64,000 nucleotides of DNA. It comes from an uncultured delta proteobacterium (GTDB lineage: Bacteria; Myxococcota; Myxococcia; Myxococcales; Myxococcaceae). The translations under genes were made by a program, and so were the position numbers. The notes beneath the pieces are model-generated. The model had not been told where the DNA came from and made no database searches. It saw only the letters and a list, made by a program, of their open reading frames with translations. How positions within the stretch are numbered: the first letter of the stretch is position 1; every line of letters begins with the position of its first letter. The stretch lies in contig CAWCKH010000004.1 of the NCBI GenBank assembly GCA_963796055.1, positions 3,552,001-3,616,000 on the forward strand, given 5' to 3'. Below, one piece after another: positions 31,922 through 42,600 of the stretch.

Positions 31922-32808
31922 GCATCCTGGTCGATCAGAACACCCGGGTGCTGATGCAGGGCATCACCGGCTCGGCCGGCTCGTTCCACGCTGGCCAGAT
32001 GCTGGACTACGGGACGCAGCTCGTCGCCGGCGTGACTCCCGGCAAGGGCGGGACCGAGTTCCAGGACGAGGTGCCCATCTTCAACACCGTGGCCGACGCG
32101 GTGAAGCACACCGGCGCCAACGCCAGCGTCATCTTCGTCCCGCCCCCCTTCGCCGGGGACGCCATCCTCGAGTCGGCCGATGCCGGCGTTCCGCTGATCA
32201 TCGTCATCACCGAGGGGATCCCGGTGCTGGACATGGTGAAGGTGAAGCGGGCGCTCCAGGGGCGGCCGGTGCGGCTGGTGGGCCCCAACTGCCCGGGCGT
32301 CATCACCCCAGGGGCGAAGTGCAAGATCGGCATCATGCCCGGCCACATTCACCGGCCCGGGCGGATCGGCGTCGTCTCCCGCTCGGGGACCCTGACCTAC
32401 GAGGCGGTGTTCCAGCTCACCCAGCTCGGGCTCGGGCAGTCGACGGCGGTGGGGATCGGCGGCGACCCGGTGAACGGGACCGACTTCGTCGATTGCCTGA
32501 AGCTGTTCCATGCCGACCCCGAGACCGACGCGGTCATCATGATCGGCGAGATCGGCGGGAGCGCCGAGGAGACCGCGGCGCAGTACATCGCCAAGGAGTT
32601 CAAGAAGCCCATCGCCGGGTTCATCGCCGGCGTCTCGGCCCCCCCCGGCAAGCGGATGGGGCACGCCGGGGCGATCATCGCCGGGGGCAAGGGAACCGCG
32701 GCGGAGAAGATCCGGGCGATGGAGGCGGCCGGCGTGCTGATGGCGCCGTCGCCGGCAGAGCTCGGCACCACCCTGCAGGCCGCGCTGCAGCGCGGTCGCA
32801 CTCGCTGA
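31918..32808 (+). CDS. sucD: Succinyl-CoA synthetase alpha subunit
   Basis: [27 protein letters not shown]. Confidence 0.97.
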   Translation: MSILVDQNTRVLMQGITGSAGSFHAGQMLDYGTQLVAGVTPGKGGTEFQDEVPIFNTVADAVKHTGANASVIFVPPPFAGDAILESADAGVPLIIVITEGIPVLDMVKVKRALQGRPVRLVGPNCPGVITPGAKCKIGIMPGHIHRPGRIGVVSRSGTLTYEAVFQLTQLGLGQSTAVGIGGDPVNGTDFVDCLKLFHADPETDAVIMIGEIGGSAEETAAQYIAKEFKKPIAGFIAGVSAPPGKRMGHAGAIIAGGKGTAAEKIRAMEAAGVLMAPSPAELGTTLQAALQRGRTR

Positions 32809-32830
32809 GGAAGAAGGAAACGGAACGGAC

Positions 32831-33268
32831 ATGGCCACTGAGCGCACCCTCTCCATCATCAAGCCCGATGGACTGGAGAAAGGAATCATCGGGAAGATCA
32901 TCAGCCGCTTCGAGGAGGCTGGCCTCAAGCCGGTGGCGGTGCGGATGCAGCACCTCTCGCAGCGCGACGCCGAGGGGTTCTACGCCGTCCACAAGGCCCG
33001 ACCCTTCTTCAAGGACCTGGTCACCTTCATGACCTCGGGGCCGGTGGTGCTGATGGTGCTCGAGGGCGAGAACGCCGTCGCGCGCAATCGTGAAATCATG
33101 GGTGCGACCAACCCGGCCAACGCCGCCCCCGGGACCATCCGCAAGGACTTCGCCACCGACGTGGAGAAGAACACCGTGCACGGCTCCGACAGCCCCGAGA
33201 ACGCCAAGGTCGAGATCGCCTACTTCTTCCGGGAGACGGAAATCACCCCGTACGCCTCGAAGCGCTGA
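32831..33268 (+). CDS. ndk: Nucleoside diphosphate kinase
   Basis: [24 protein letters not shown]. Confidence 0.98.
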   Translation: MATERTLSIIKPDGLEKGIIGKIISRFEEAGLKPVAVRMQHLSQRDAEGFYAVHKARPFFKDLVTFMTSGPVVLMVLEGENAVARNREIMGATNPANAAPGTIRKDFATDVEKNTVHGSDSPENAKVEIAYFFRETEITPYASKR

Positions 33269-33291
33269 TCAGCCGAAGGCGGGGCCACCTC

Positions 33292-33990
33292 TCACCCTGC
33301 CTCCACGCTCAGCCCCAGCGCGTCACGGAGCCCCCGCGCGCCCTCGACGCTGACCCGCAGCGCCCGGGTTCCGGTCCTGCGGCGGACCCAGCCGAGCTCC
33401 AGGAGGCCCTCGGCCAGGCCAATCCCGAGCGGGCCGGCCAGGTGGTCGCGGCGCTCGGTCCAGTCCAGGCATGGCGTTCCCTCGAGGGGATCCGGGGCAG
33501 GCTCCAGAAGTCCGAGCGACGCGCCGGTCCGGCGTCCGGCCGCGGTGAGGAGGAACCGGGCACCCTCGCGGCGCACCAGCCGTCCGCGGAGGAGGGCGTC
33601 CAGGAGCCCCACCCCGAGCGCACCCGCGAGGTGCCGATAGCAGGTCCGGGCGCGCCGGAACGCCGCCTCCTCCGGGTCGACGCTCGCGGGCCGCACCGGC
33701 CGGGTGGTGAGGAGCGACAGGCTCTCGAAGGCCCGGGCGACGGCGTCGCTCGCCAGCCGGTGGTAGCGGTGACGGCCGTGCTGCTCGACGCGGAGCAGGC
33801 CGCCGCGGGTCAGGAGCGCCAGGTGCTCGCTCCCGGTGGAGGGCGAGACCCCGGCGATGCGGGCCAGCTCCGTGGCTGGCCGTGCCTGCCCGTCCATCAG
33901 GGCGGAGACGATCGAGACCCGCGCCGGCTCCGAGAGCAGGGCGGCCGCGGCGGCAATGTCCAGGCGGCTGGCCGGGCGGAGGTCGTCCAT
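33292..33990 (-). CDS. ArsR-family winged-helix regulator (long type)
   Basis: PATELA...STGSEHL...GRHRYHRL; ARTCYRHLAG; CLDWTERRDHLAG. Confidence 0.88.
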   Translation of the reverse strand: MDDLRPASRLDIAAAAALLSEPARVSIVSALMDGQARPATELARIAGVSPSTGSEHLALLTRGGLLRVEQHGRHRYHRLASDAVARAFESLSLLTTRPVRPASVDPEEAAFRRARTCYRHLAGALGVGLLDALLRGRLVRREGARFLLTAAGRRTGASLGLLEPAPDPLEGTPCLDWTERRDHLAGPLGIGLAEGLLELGWVRRRTGTRALRVSVEGARGLRDALGLSVEAG

Positions 33991-34024
33991 GCCCCGGAGA
34001 CTAGCCCCGGGGCCACGGTGATGC

Positions 34025-34040
34025 TTCGGCCGCGACCGAA
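34025..34040. promoter_or_regulatory. Palindromic putative ArsR operator TTCGG-N6-CCGAA
   Basis: Inverted repeat 35 nt upstream of the ArsR start. Confidence 0.5.
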
Positions 34041-34047
34041 ACGTGCT

Positions 34048-35184
34048 TCAGCTCTTCGGGAGATCGACCAGCCGGCCGCGCTCGCCGATCCAGCGCTTGC
34101 GGTCGAAGGACGACTTGTTCTTGTTGCAGACCAGCTGGAAGGCGGTGGAGCCGCCGCGCTCGGAGACCAGCACCGACCAGGCGAGGAAGATCTCCCAGAG
34201 CCGGAACCAGCGCTCGCCGTAGCTCTTCACCACCGCGTCCCGGTTCCTGAGCCAGTTGCGGTACCAGCGCTCGAGGGTGAGCGAGTAGTGGATGCCGATG
34301 TTCTCCACGCTGTGAATCTCGAAACCCGCCCGCTCGAGGTTGTTGCAGACGAAGCTCAGCGGCATCGAGGCATCCGCGCCGGGGAAGACGTACTTCGACA
34401 TGAACATCCCCCAGGTGAAGTCCTCGGCGGTCCAGTTGCGGCGGAGGCCGGCGATCTGGAGGAAGAGAATGCCGTCCTCCTCGAGCATGCTGTTCAGCTG
34501 GCGCATGAACTTCTGGAACTTCCGGATTCCCACGTGCTCGGCCATCTCCAGCACGGTGATCTTGTTCCACTTCTCGTGGGGGATGTCCCGGTAGTCCATG
34601 GTCAGGATCCGGGCGCGCTGCTGCAGGCCCTTCTGGGAGATGCGCTCGGTCCCGAATTCGGCCTGACGCGCGGCGAGGGTGACGCCGGTCGCGTCCGCCC
34701 CGTGCTTCTCGGCCATGTGGGCGACCAGGGTTCCCCAGCCGCAGCCGATGTCCAGGAGGCGCTCGCCGGGCTTGAGCTGGATCTTCTGCGCCACCACCTC
34801 CAGCTTCCGGCGCTGAGCGTCCTCCAGCGTGTCGGCGGGGTTCTCGAAGAAAGCCGAGGTGTAGATCATGATGTCGCCGAGGAACGCATTGAAGAAGTCG
34901 TTCCCGCGATCGTAGTGGCCGGTGACCGTCTTCCGATCCGCGGCCTGGGTGTGAATCAGCACCGAGGGGATGAACCCGCCGACCAGGAACTTCATCTGCT
35001 CCCAGGTCATCCGGTAGTTGAGGACGTCCTCCTTGCGCCGGAAGAAGGCATGCAAGTCCCCGCTGACCTGGATCTCGCCCTTGACGTACTTCTCCACGAA
35101 AGCGGCCATCGGGAGCTTCTTCCCGTTGGGGGGGGCGAGATCGATGTTCGGTGCGGCCGCGGTGGGCTGCAGGGCAGTCGTCAT
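34048..35184 (-). CDS. CFA-family SAM-dependent methyltransferase resembling sphingolipid C9-methyltransferase
   Basis: HYDRGNDFF, LDIGCGWG, LEMAEHVG, KYVFPGADAS, HYSLTLERWYRNW. Confidence 0.85.
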   Translation of the reverse strand: MTTALQPTAAAPNIDLAPPNGKKLPMAAFVEKYVKGEIQVSGDLHAFFRRKEDVLNYRMTWEQMKFLVGGFIPSVLIHTQAADRKTVTGHYDRGNDFFNAFLGDIMIYTSAFFENPADTLEDAQRRKLEVVAQKIQLKPGERLLDIGCGWGTLVAHMAEKHGADATGVTLAARQAEFGTERISQKGLQQRARILTMDYRDIPHEKWNKITVLEMAEHVGIRKFQKFMRQLNSMLEEDGILFLQIAGLRRNWTAEDFTWGMFMSKYVFPGADASMPLSFVCNNLERAGFEIHSVENIGIHYSLTLERWYRNWLRNRDAVVKSYGERWFRLWEIFLAWSVLVSERGGSTAFQLVCNKNKSSFDRKRWIGERGRLVDLPKS

Positions 35185-35315
35185 GGAGGCTCCAGAGATT
35201 GGAAAGTGGGAGTGAAACGCGGCCGGACACAGAGCAGACCGCCGAGAGTGGCGCACACTACCAGCGTTCGCCGTTCGACGTTGCTAAACCTGGGGCCGCC
35301 TGCCGAATGCCGGGC

Positions 35316-35930
35316 TCAGAAGGCGAGCAGGATGAGGGGGGCGATTCCCCAGGCCTTGTAGGGAGTATCGACGATCGTGTCGTAGGTGACGCTCAGGCCG
35401 AGGGCGAACGACGGGCTGAAGAACAGCATGAAGCCTGCCCCCCCGCGCACTGCGAGCCCACCGGCGGAGTAGTTGAGCGGCCCTCCGACATGCCCGTAGC
35501 CCAGGGCGGCCTCCACGTACGGGCCGAAGTTGCCGAGCGGGAGGGTAACGCGCAGCCCGCCGAGGCCGGAGTAGACGTTCCAGTCGGAGCTCCAGCTGCC
35601 CTGGCCGATCACCCCGGGAGTCAGGATGATCGGGCCCAGGTCGAAGCCGTAGCCGCCGATGATCCCGAGCGTGAAGCCCGCGCTGCCGGTCGAGGGGATG
35701 AAGATGCCCGGGGCGATGATGAGCCGCGGCCCCACCGCGTAGCGGCGCACGAGGCTCGGTTCGGGGGCGGGTGCGGGCTGGGGCGCCTGGGCCGCGTAGT
35801 CCGGCGTGGCGACGCCTGGAGGCGGCTGGGTCGCCGAGTCCGGCGGGGGAGCCGGCCCGGTCTGCGCCATGACCACCGTCGAGAGGAGCAGCAGGCATCC
35901 CGAAGGGCCCGTCCGGACGTGGATTCGCAT
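35316..35930 (-). CDS. Putative outer-membrane beta-barrel protein
   Basis: Signal peptide, Pro-rich linker, alternating Gly/aromatic beta strands, C-terminal Phe. Confidence 0.6.
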   Translation of the reverse strand: MRIHVRTGPSGCLLLLSTVVMAQTGPAPPPDSATQPPPGVATPDYAAQAPQPAPAPEPSLVRRYAVGPRLIIAPGIFIPSTGSAGFTLGIIGGYGFDLGPIILTPGVIGQGSWSSDWNVYSGLGGLRVTLPLGNFGPYVEAALGYGHVGGPLNYSAGGLAVRGGAGFMLFFSPSFALGLSVTYDTIVDTPYKAWGIAPLILLAF

Positions 35931-36014
35931 GGCGCGGCAGCCTGCCCGTCCGGCCCCCCCCACGGCAATCTGAACGTTGTACCAGCCGGCCCGAACGGCG
36001 AGAGTCCCCAGGCG

Positions 36015-36791
36015 ATGGACCCCGTGGCCCTGTTCATCCCCTGCTACGTGGACCAGCTCTACCCGGAGGTGGGGCTGGCCACCGCGCGGGTGCTGCAGCG
36101 GCTGGGGGTGAAGGTCGAGTTCCCCGAGGCCCAGACGTGCTGCGGACAGCCCATGGCGAACGCCGGAGTCACCTCCGCCGCGGCGCCGCTGGCGCGTCAT
36201 CACCTCGAGGTGTTCGAGAGGTACGCCCAGGTGGTCTGCCCCTCCGGGAGCTGCACGGCGATGGTGCGTCACCACTACACCGACGTGCTCCCGGGGGACC
36301 CCCGGGTCGAGGCGGTGGGCGGCCGGACCTACGAGCTCTGCGAGTTCATCACCGACGTGCTGGGGATCCGCCGGATCGAGGGGAGCTACCCCCGCCGGGT
36401 GGGGCTGCACCAGAGCTGCCACGGCCTCCGGGAGCTCCGCCTCGGGACCGGAACCGAGCGGATGGTGGAGCCGTGGAACAAGGTTCGTTCGCTGGTGGGT
36501 TCGCTGGCCGGCGTCCGGCTGGTGGACCTCACCCGCCCGGACGAGTGCTGTGGATTCGGCGGCATGTTCTCCATCGACGAATCGGAGGTGTCCGGGGCGA
36601 TGGGCCGGGACCGGCTCGCCGACCACGCCAAGGCCGGAGCCGAGGTGGTGACCGCCGTCGACGTCTCCTGCCTCATGCACCTGGAGGGCATCGCCCGGCG
36701 CGGACGCTCACCGCTGCAATTCCTCCACGTGGCCCAGGTGCTCGACGAGGCCATGTCCGGCGGGGCAACTCAGCGGGCGCGGAGCTTGTGA
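36015..36791 (+). CDS. lutA: Lactate utilization protein A (CCG Fe-S protein)
   Basis: LFIPCYVD, QTCCGQP, SGSC, HQSCH, ECCGFGG, SCLMH. Confidence 0.9.
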   Translation: MDPVALFIPCYVDQLYPEVGLATARVLQRLGVKVEFPEAQTCCGQPMANAGVTSAAAPLARHHLEVFERYAQVVCPSGSCTAMVRHHYTDVLPGDPRVEAVGGRTYELCEFITDVLGIRRIEGSYPRRVGLHQSCHGLRELRLGTGTERMVEPWNKVRSLVGSLAGVRLVDLTRPDECCGFGGMFSIDESEVSGAMGRDRLADHAKAGAEVVTAVDVSCLMHLEGIARRGRSPLQFLHVAQVLDEAMSGGATQRARSL

Positions 36792-37000
36792 GGCCATGGA
36801 AGGGGCTTCGGGCACTGGCAGGTCGCACGGGGGCAGCGCCAGGGAAGCGGTCCGAGGGTCTGGCCGGCACAGACCCGTCCGCATTGCTCGATCTCGCTCG
36901 GACAGGGGTGCACCAGCGGCTCGGCCATCAGGGTGGCCGCCACCAGCACGGCGAGGATCAACAGGCTCGCCACCAGGGCGATGCGCGCATTCCGGCTCAT
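36770..37000 (-). CDS. Small secreted six-cysteine peptide, CS-alpha-beta defensin-like spacing
   Basis: 76 aa; signal peptide then C-X6-C-X3-C-X11-C-X4-C-X-C; fills the lutA-lutB gap antisense. Confidence 0.55.
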   Translation of the reverse strand: MSRNARIALVASLLILAVLVAATLMAEPLVHPCPSEIEQCGRVCAGQTLGPLPWRCPRATCQCPKPLPWPHKLRAR

Positions 37001-37028
37001 GGCGAGTGCGTCTGGAGGATAGTCAGCG

Positions 37029-38393
37029 ATGAACGCCCACGCCCGCGCCGCATCGACGCTGGTCCGGAACGAGGAACGGCTCCACTGGCACGACGCGGCG
37101 GTGTGGAACATGCGCACCAAGCGCGATCGCGCCGCCCACGCCGTGCCCGACTGGGAGGCCCTGCGGGACGCCGGCTCGCGCATCAAGCTCCACACCCTGT
37201 CGCGGCTGCCGGACTACCTGGAGGAGTTCGAGCGCAAGGCGCTGGCCCTGGGCGCCCAGGTGCACTGGGCCGCCGATGCGGCGGAGCACAACGCCATCGT
37301 CCTCGGGCTGCTCCAGAAGCGCGGGGTCACCCGGCTGGTGAAGAGCAAGTCGATGCTCACCGAGGAGTGCCACCTCAACGAGGTGCTCGAGCACGCGGGG
37401 ATCGAGGTGATCGACACCGACCTCGGCGAGCGCATCGTGCAGCTCGCCCATGAGCCCCCCAGTCACATCGTGCTGCCCGCGGTCCACAAGAAGCGCGAGG
37501 AGATCGGCGAGCTCTTCCACCGCACCATCGGGACCCCGGCCGGAGTCTCCGACCCCACGCAGCTCACCGAGGCAGCGCGGCAGCATCTGCGCGAGAAGTT
37601 CCTCGCCGCCCAGGCCGGCCTCACAGGGGTGAACTTCGCCATCGCCGAGACCGGGGGGTTCGTCGTCTGCACCAACGAGGGGAACGCCGACCTCGGCGTC
37701 TCGCTGCCGCCCATCCACATCGCCTGCATGGGGGTGGAGAAGCTGGTGCCTCGGGCAACGGACCTCGCGGTCTTTCTCCGGCTCCTCGCCCGGAGCGGGA
37801 CGGGCCAACCCATCACCACCTACACCTCGCACTTTCACGGCCCCCGGCCGGGCGGCGAGCTGCACATCGTCCTGGTGGACAACGGCCGGAGCGTGCTCCT
37901 GGCCAGCGAGACGCACCGCCGCGCCCTGTGCTGCATCCGCTGTGGCGCATGCATGAACACCTGCCCGGTCTACCGGCGGAGCGGGGGGCACAGCTACGGG
38001 ACCACCGTGCCCGGGCCCATCGGATCGGTGCTCTCGCCCGCGGCGGACGCGGTACGGAACATGGCGCTGCCGTTCGCCTCCAGCCTGTGCGGATCGTGCA
38101 GCGACGTCTGCCCGGTGCGGATCGACCTCCACAACCAGCTGCTCGCCTGGCGGCGCGAGCTGAACGCGCGTGGCCTCACCCCGCGGACGAAGCGCTGGGG
38201 CGTCGGGATGGCCAGCTGGGTCTTCCAGCGGCCCTGGCTCTACCGGCTGACCGGGCGGATGGTCCGGTTCTTCGGGAGGCTCCTGCCCGGGGGGCTGCTC
38301 CGGGTCCTCTCCGGAGGCTGGGGCCGGGAGCGCGAGGTCCCCAGCCTCCCGGCACGGAGCTTCCGCGAGCAGTGGAGGCGCCGTGCGACCTAG
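37029..38393 (+). CDS. lutB: Lactate utilization protein B
   Basis: KSKSMLTEE, TDLGE, TNEGN, CIRCGACMNTCPVY, SLCGSCSDVCPV. Confidence 0.92.
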   Translation: MNAHARAASTLVRNEERLHWHDAAVWNMRTKRDRAAHAVPDWEALRDAGSRIKLHTLSRLPDYLEEFERKALALGAQVHWAADAAEHNAIVLGLLQKRGVTRLVKSKSMLTEECHLNEVLEHAGIEVIDTDLGERIVQLAHEPPSHIVLPAVHKKREEIGELFHRTIGTPAGVSDPTQLTEAARQHLREKFLAAQAGLTGVNFAIAETGGFVVCTNEGNADLGVSLPPIHIACMGVEKLVPRATDLAVFLRLLARSGTGQPITTYTSHFHGPRPGGELHIVLVDNGRSVLLASETHRRALCCIRCGACMNTCPVYRRSGGHSYGTTVPGPIGSVLSPAADAVRNMALPFASSLCGSCSDVCPVRIDLHNQLLAWRRELNARGLTPRTKRWGVGMASWVFQRPWLYRLTGRMVRFFGRLLPGGLLRVLSGGWGREREVPSLPARSFREQWRRRAT

Positions 38394-38979
38394 CCGGGAG
38401 AAGGTGCTGGAGGCACTCCGTCAGGCCCGCCCCTCGCCGGTGCCGTTGCCCGACGTTCCCGCCTCCCCGGTGCGGTTCGAGGACCTGCCGGCGCGCTTCG
38501 CCCAGGCCGTGACCGAGGTCGCCGGGTCGTGCATCCGGGTCCCCGGGCTGGCCGAGGCCGCCGCGGCGGTCCGCGCGCTCCCGGTGGCGCAGTCGGCCCG
38601 GCAGATCGTCTCCCTGCTGCCGGAGGTGCTCCCCGGCACCGTGGCCATCGACGCAGTGGACGATCCGCACGCGCTGGCTGGAGTGGACCTGGCGGTGGTC
38701 CCCGGCGAGTTCGGGGTGGCCGAGAACGGGGCGGTGTGGCTGACCGATGCGGTGCTGAAGCAGCGGCGGGCGGTGCTCTTCGTCACCCAGCACCTGGTGC
38801 TGGTGGTCCCGGCGCGCGAGCTGGTGCACACCCTGCACGAGGCCTACGGGCGCATCCTCCTCGGCGCGCCCGGCTTCGGCCTCTTCATCGCCGGTCCTTC
38901 GAAGACCGCCGACATCGAGCAGGCCCTGGTCATCGGCGCGCACGGGGCCCGGTCGGCGACCATCGTGCTGGTCGGATGA
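38383..38979 (+). CDS. lutC: Lactate utilization protein C (LUD domain)
   Basis: GVAENGAVW, IAGPSKTADIEQALVIGAHG. Confidence 0.9.
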   Translation: MRPSREKVLEALRQARPSPVPLPDVPASPVRFEDLPARFAQAVTEVAGSCIRVPGLAEAAAAVRALPVAQSARQIVSLLPEVLPGTVAIDAVDDPHALAGVDLAVVPGEFGVAENGAVWLTDAVLKQRRAVLFVTQHLVLVVPARELVHTLHEAYGRILLGAPGFGLFIAGPSKTADIEQALVIGAHGARSATIVLVG

Positions 38980-39554
38980 AGACCGGACGGCTCGAGGCCT
39001 TCAGCGACGGCGTGCTGGCCATCGTCATCACGATCATGGTGCTGGAGCTCAAGGTGCCGCATGGCAGCGACCTGGGTGCGCTCCGGCCGATGGTGCCGGT
39101 GTTCCTCAGCTACGGCCTGAGCTTCGTGTACGTCGGCATCTACTGGAACAACCACCACCATCTGCTCCAGGCCACGAAGGAGATCGGGGGCGGGGTGCTG
39201 TGGGCGAACCTCGTGCTGCTCTTCTGCCTCTCGCTCATCCCGGTGGTGACGGCCTGGGTGGGCGACAATCCCCACGGGCGCTGGCCGGCGGCCCTCTACG
39301 GGGTGGTGCTGCTGCTCTCCGGGCTCGCCTACGTGTTGCTGGAGCGGGCGATCATCGTCCACGAGGGGCCGCAGTCCGAGGTGGCACGGGCGGTGAGCGG
39401 CACGCTCAAGGACAAGCTCTCCCCGGTGGCCTACCTGGTCGGCATCGCGCTGGCGTTCGTCCATCCGTGGCTGGGCGAGCTGGTGTACGCGGGCGTGGCC
39501 CTCGCCTGGATCGTCCCCGACCGGCGCATCGAGTCGAGGCTTCACCGCCGCTGA
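38976..39554 (+). CDS. TMEM175-family potassium channel
   Basis: RLEAFSDGVLAIVITIMVL, YWNNHHH; ATGA overlap with lutC. Confidence 0.9.
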   Translation: MKTGRLEAFSDGVLAIVITIMVLELKVPHGSDLGALRPMVPVFLSYGLSFVYVGIYWNNHHHLLQATKEIGGGVLWANLVLLFCLSLIPVVTAWVGDNPHGRWPAALYGVVLLLSGLAYVLLERAIIVHEGPQSEVARAVSGTLKDKLSPVAYLVGIALAFVHPWLGELVYAGVALAWIVPDRRIESRLHRR

Positions 39555-39658
39555 TCCGCTGGCCCGGCGGCTGCACCGTTCGGTACCCCGGGGCACCGCC
39601 CCAGAGCAGAATACGCCCGGGGCACGCACCGCCGAGCTCCGGGGGAGGACGCCACGCC

Positions 39659-42600
39659 GTGAGGCATGCATCGACCCGTCTCGTCTGCGCCGCCATGCTC
39701 GTCGCCGTCGCGCTCACCGCCTGCAAGGAGAAGCCATCGGGGCAGGCACCGCTGCAGCCGCTCCCACCGCCACCCGCGCTCTCCATCGCGCCGGAGGCGC
39801 TCCCGAGCTCCGGCCTCACCGTCGTGGCCGCCCGCCCGCACGAGGTGGTGGGCGCGGACGCACGGCCGACCATCACCTTCTCCCGTCCGGTGGTGGCGCT
39901 GATGTCCATCGAGGAGCAGAAGGCGCTCGCCCCGCCTGCGTCCCTGAGCCCCGCGGTGGAGGGGGAGTGGCGGTGGATTGGCTCGGCCAGCGTGGAGTTC
40001 GTCCCCAGGACGCCGCTGCCGTTCGCCACCCGCTTCACGGTCACCGTCCCCGCCGGTCTCAAGGGCGTGGACGGCTCGAGCCTCCAGGAGGCCTACAGCT
40101 GGTCCTTCGACACACCCGGACCACGCCTCGAGTCCGTCCAGCCCGCGGGCCAGTGGCGCTGGCTTCGCCCCACCGAGGACATCGTCCTGGTCTTCAACCA
40201 GGCGGTGGTCGAACCCGAGAAGTCCATCTCGCTCCGCGTGGGGAACGAGGGGACGCCCTGGCCCATCACCGTGAGCACTGCCGCTGCGCCCGCGGCACCG
40301 GAGGAGGTGGAGCGGCCGGGCCGGAACTTCGTCCCGAGCCGCCGCACCACCGTCACGGTCAAGGTCGGAAAGCCGCTGCCCCTGGCCACCGACGTCCTGC
40401 TGGTGGTTGCCACGACGCTCCGGGCCAAGGAGGGGCCGCTCGCGCTCGACCAGGAGCAACGCATCGCCTACCGGACCTACGGGCCCGCCCGCATCGGGAG
40501 CATGTCGGCCTGCTTTGGAGGGTACGACTGCCCCTACGGCCCTCTGGTCATCGAGAGCACGAATCCCCTGTCCGTCGCCTCCTTGAAATCAAACCTCAGG
40601 ATCGAGCCGGCGGTGGAGCTCGACTGGGGGCACGCCTCGAGTCCCCCCGGCGCTCGAGGTGACCGGCACGAGGCCGTCACCGTGGTCCCGGGCAAGTTCC
40701 GCCCCGGGACCTCCTACAGCGTCTCCATCGCCTCCGGGGTCAACGACGCGTTCGGACAGACTGCGCCCGCGGCCCGGGGGCAGATGCGGACCGACGACCT
40801 GCGGCCGGAGTACGAGCTGGGACCGGACGTGGCGCTGCTGGAGGCGAGGGGAGACGGGGCGCTTCCGGTGCGCTTCACCAACGTCACTCAGCTGGACGTG
40901 CAGCTCTGGCCGCTCGGGCCCGCGGAGATGGCCCGCTTCCTCTCGGGGCGCCGCTCGGCGCAGACGGTTCCCTCCGGACAGCCGGTCACCACCCAGCTGG
41001 TGCTGGACGGCACGCACAACCTCCCCGGCACCCGGCCGGTGAAGGTGCGCGAGCTGCTCGCGGGCAAGAACACCGGCCTCTTCCACCTGGTCACCAGCGC
41101 ACCGGAGATCGACGTCAAGCACCAGTGGCAGCGAACCCAGCGCGTCACGGGGCAGATCACCGACCTCGCGGTGCACACCAAGCTCGGGGCCACCTCGGGC
41201 GTGGTCTGGGTCACCCGGGTCTCGGACGGCACCGTGGTCCCCGGCGCCGCGCTCTCACTCTACGACGCCGACGGTGCGGTGAAGTGGCACGGAAAGACGG
41301 ACGGCGACGGTCTGGCCCGGGTGCCGGGTCTCGCCTCGCTGGTCGGGCCGGGGAGGGGCGCCGGTCGGCGAAACCGGGACCTCGACAGCGGCCCGCCGTT
41401 CGCGCTGGTCGCCGCCGCGCTCGGTGGCGACACCGGGGTCACCCTGGCCGACTGGTCCGGAGGGTTCGGCCCCTGGGCGTTCGGGGTGGAAGGGGCGTGG
41501 GACGGGAAGCGCCCGCAGTCGATGGGCTTCGCCACCGCCGAGCGCGGCATCTACCGGCCGGGTGACACCGTGCTGGTGAAGGGGATGCTCCGCTACCGGC
41601 GCCTGGGCGTCGTGACCTCGCCGCCCAAGGGGACGCAGGCCGAGGTGGTGGTCACCGACTCGCACGGAAAGCAGATCTGGTCGCGCAGCGTCCCGCTGAG
41701 CGACTACGGCACCTTCTCGGCCGAGGTGGCGATTGATGCCGCGGCCGCTCTGGGGACCTATTCCCTCCGGGCGAACGCGAACGTCCCCTCGGGCAAGGTC
41801 GACACCGGCACGGCCTTCCGGGTCGAGGAGTACCGGCCGCCCCAATTCAAGGTGGACGTCACCACCCGGTCCGCCGACGCGTTCGCCGGGCAGCCGCTCG
41901 AGGGGCGGGTGGTGGCCCGCTACCTCTTCGGCGGAGCGATGCCGGGCGCGACGGTGCGCTGGACGGCGACCCGGACGACCGATGATTTCCAGCCACCCGA
42001 CAACGCTGGCTTTGCCTTCGGCGTCGCCACCTGGGAGTGGAGCGACGAGTCGCCGCAGCCCAGCACCGAGGTCATCGGCGCCGGTGAGGGGAAGACCGAT
42101 GCCCAGGGCGTGCTGGACCTCACCGCCGGGCAGGTCGAGACCCCCGGAGGCCGGTCGTCGCTGGTGACGCTCGAGGCCGAGGTGGCGGACGTCAACCGCC
42201 AGCGCATCGCCAACCGGACGCAGATCCAGGTGCACCCCGCCGCGCTCTACGCCGGCATTCGCCAGCGGAACGTGGAGGGCTTCGCCGAGGTGGGCAAGCC
42301 GGTCTCGCTGGAGGCGGTGGCGGTGTCGCCCGACGGCAAGCGCCAGAAGGCACAGGTCCAGGTGACCGTTCTCCGGCGCGACTGGAAGTTCGTCCGGAAG
42401 AAGACCGCCGGGGACCGCTGGGAGACTCTCAGCGAGCCGGTGGAGGAGTCGGTGGCCTCCTGCGCGGTGAAGGTCGAGGGCCTGCCCGGCGCCTGCACCT
42501 TCACCCCGAAGGCCCCCGGGTACCACGTGCTGCAGGCCGAGGTCGTCGACGCCCAGAAGCGGAAGCAGGTTTCTCGAAGTTCGCTGTATGTCGTCGGCGA

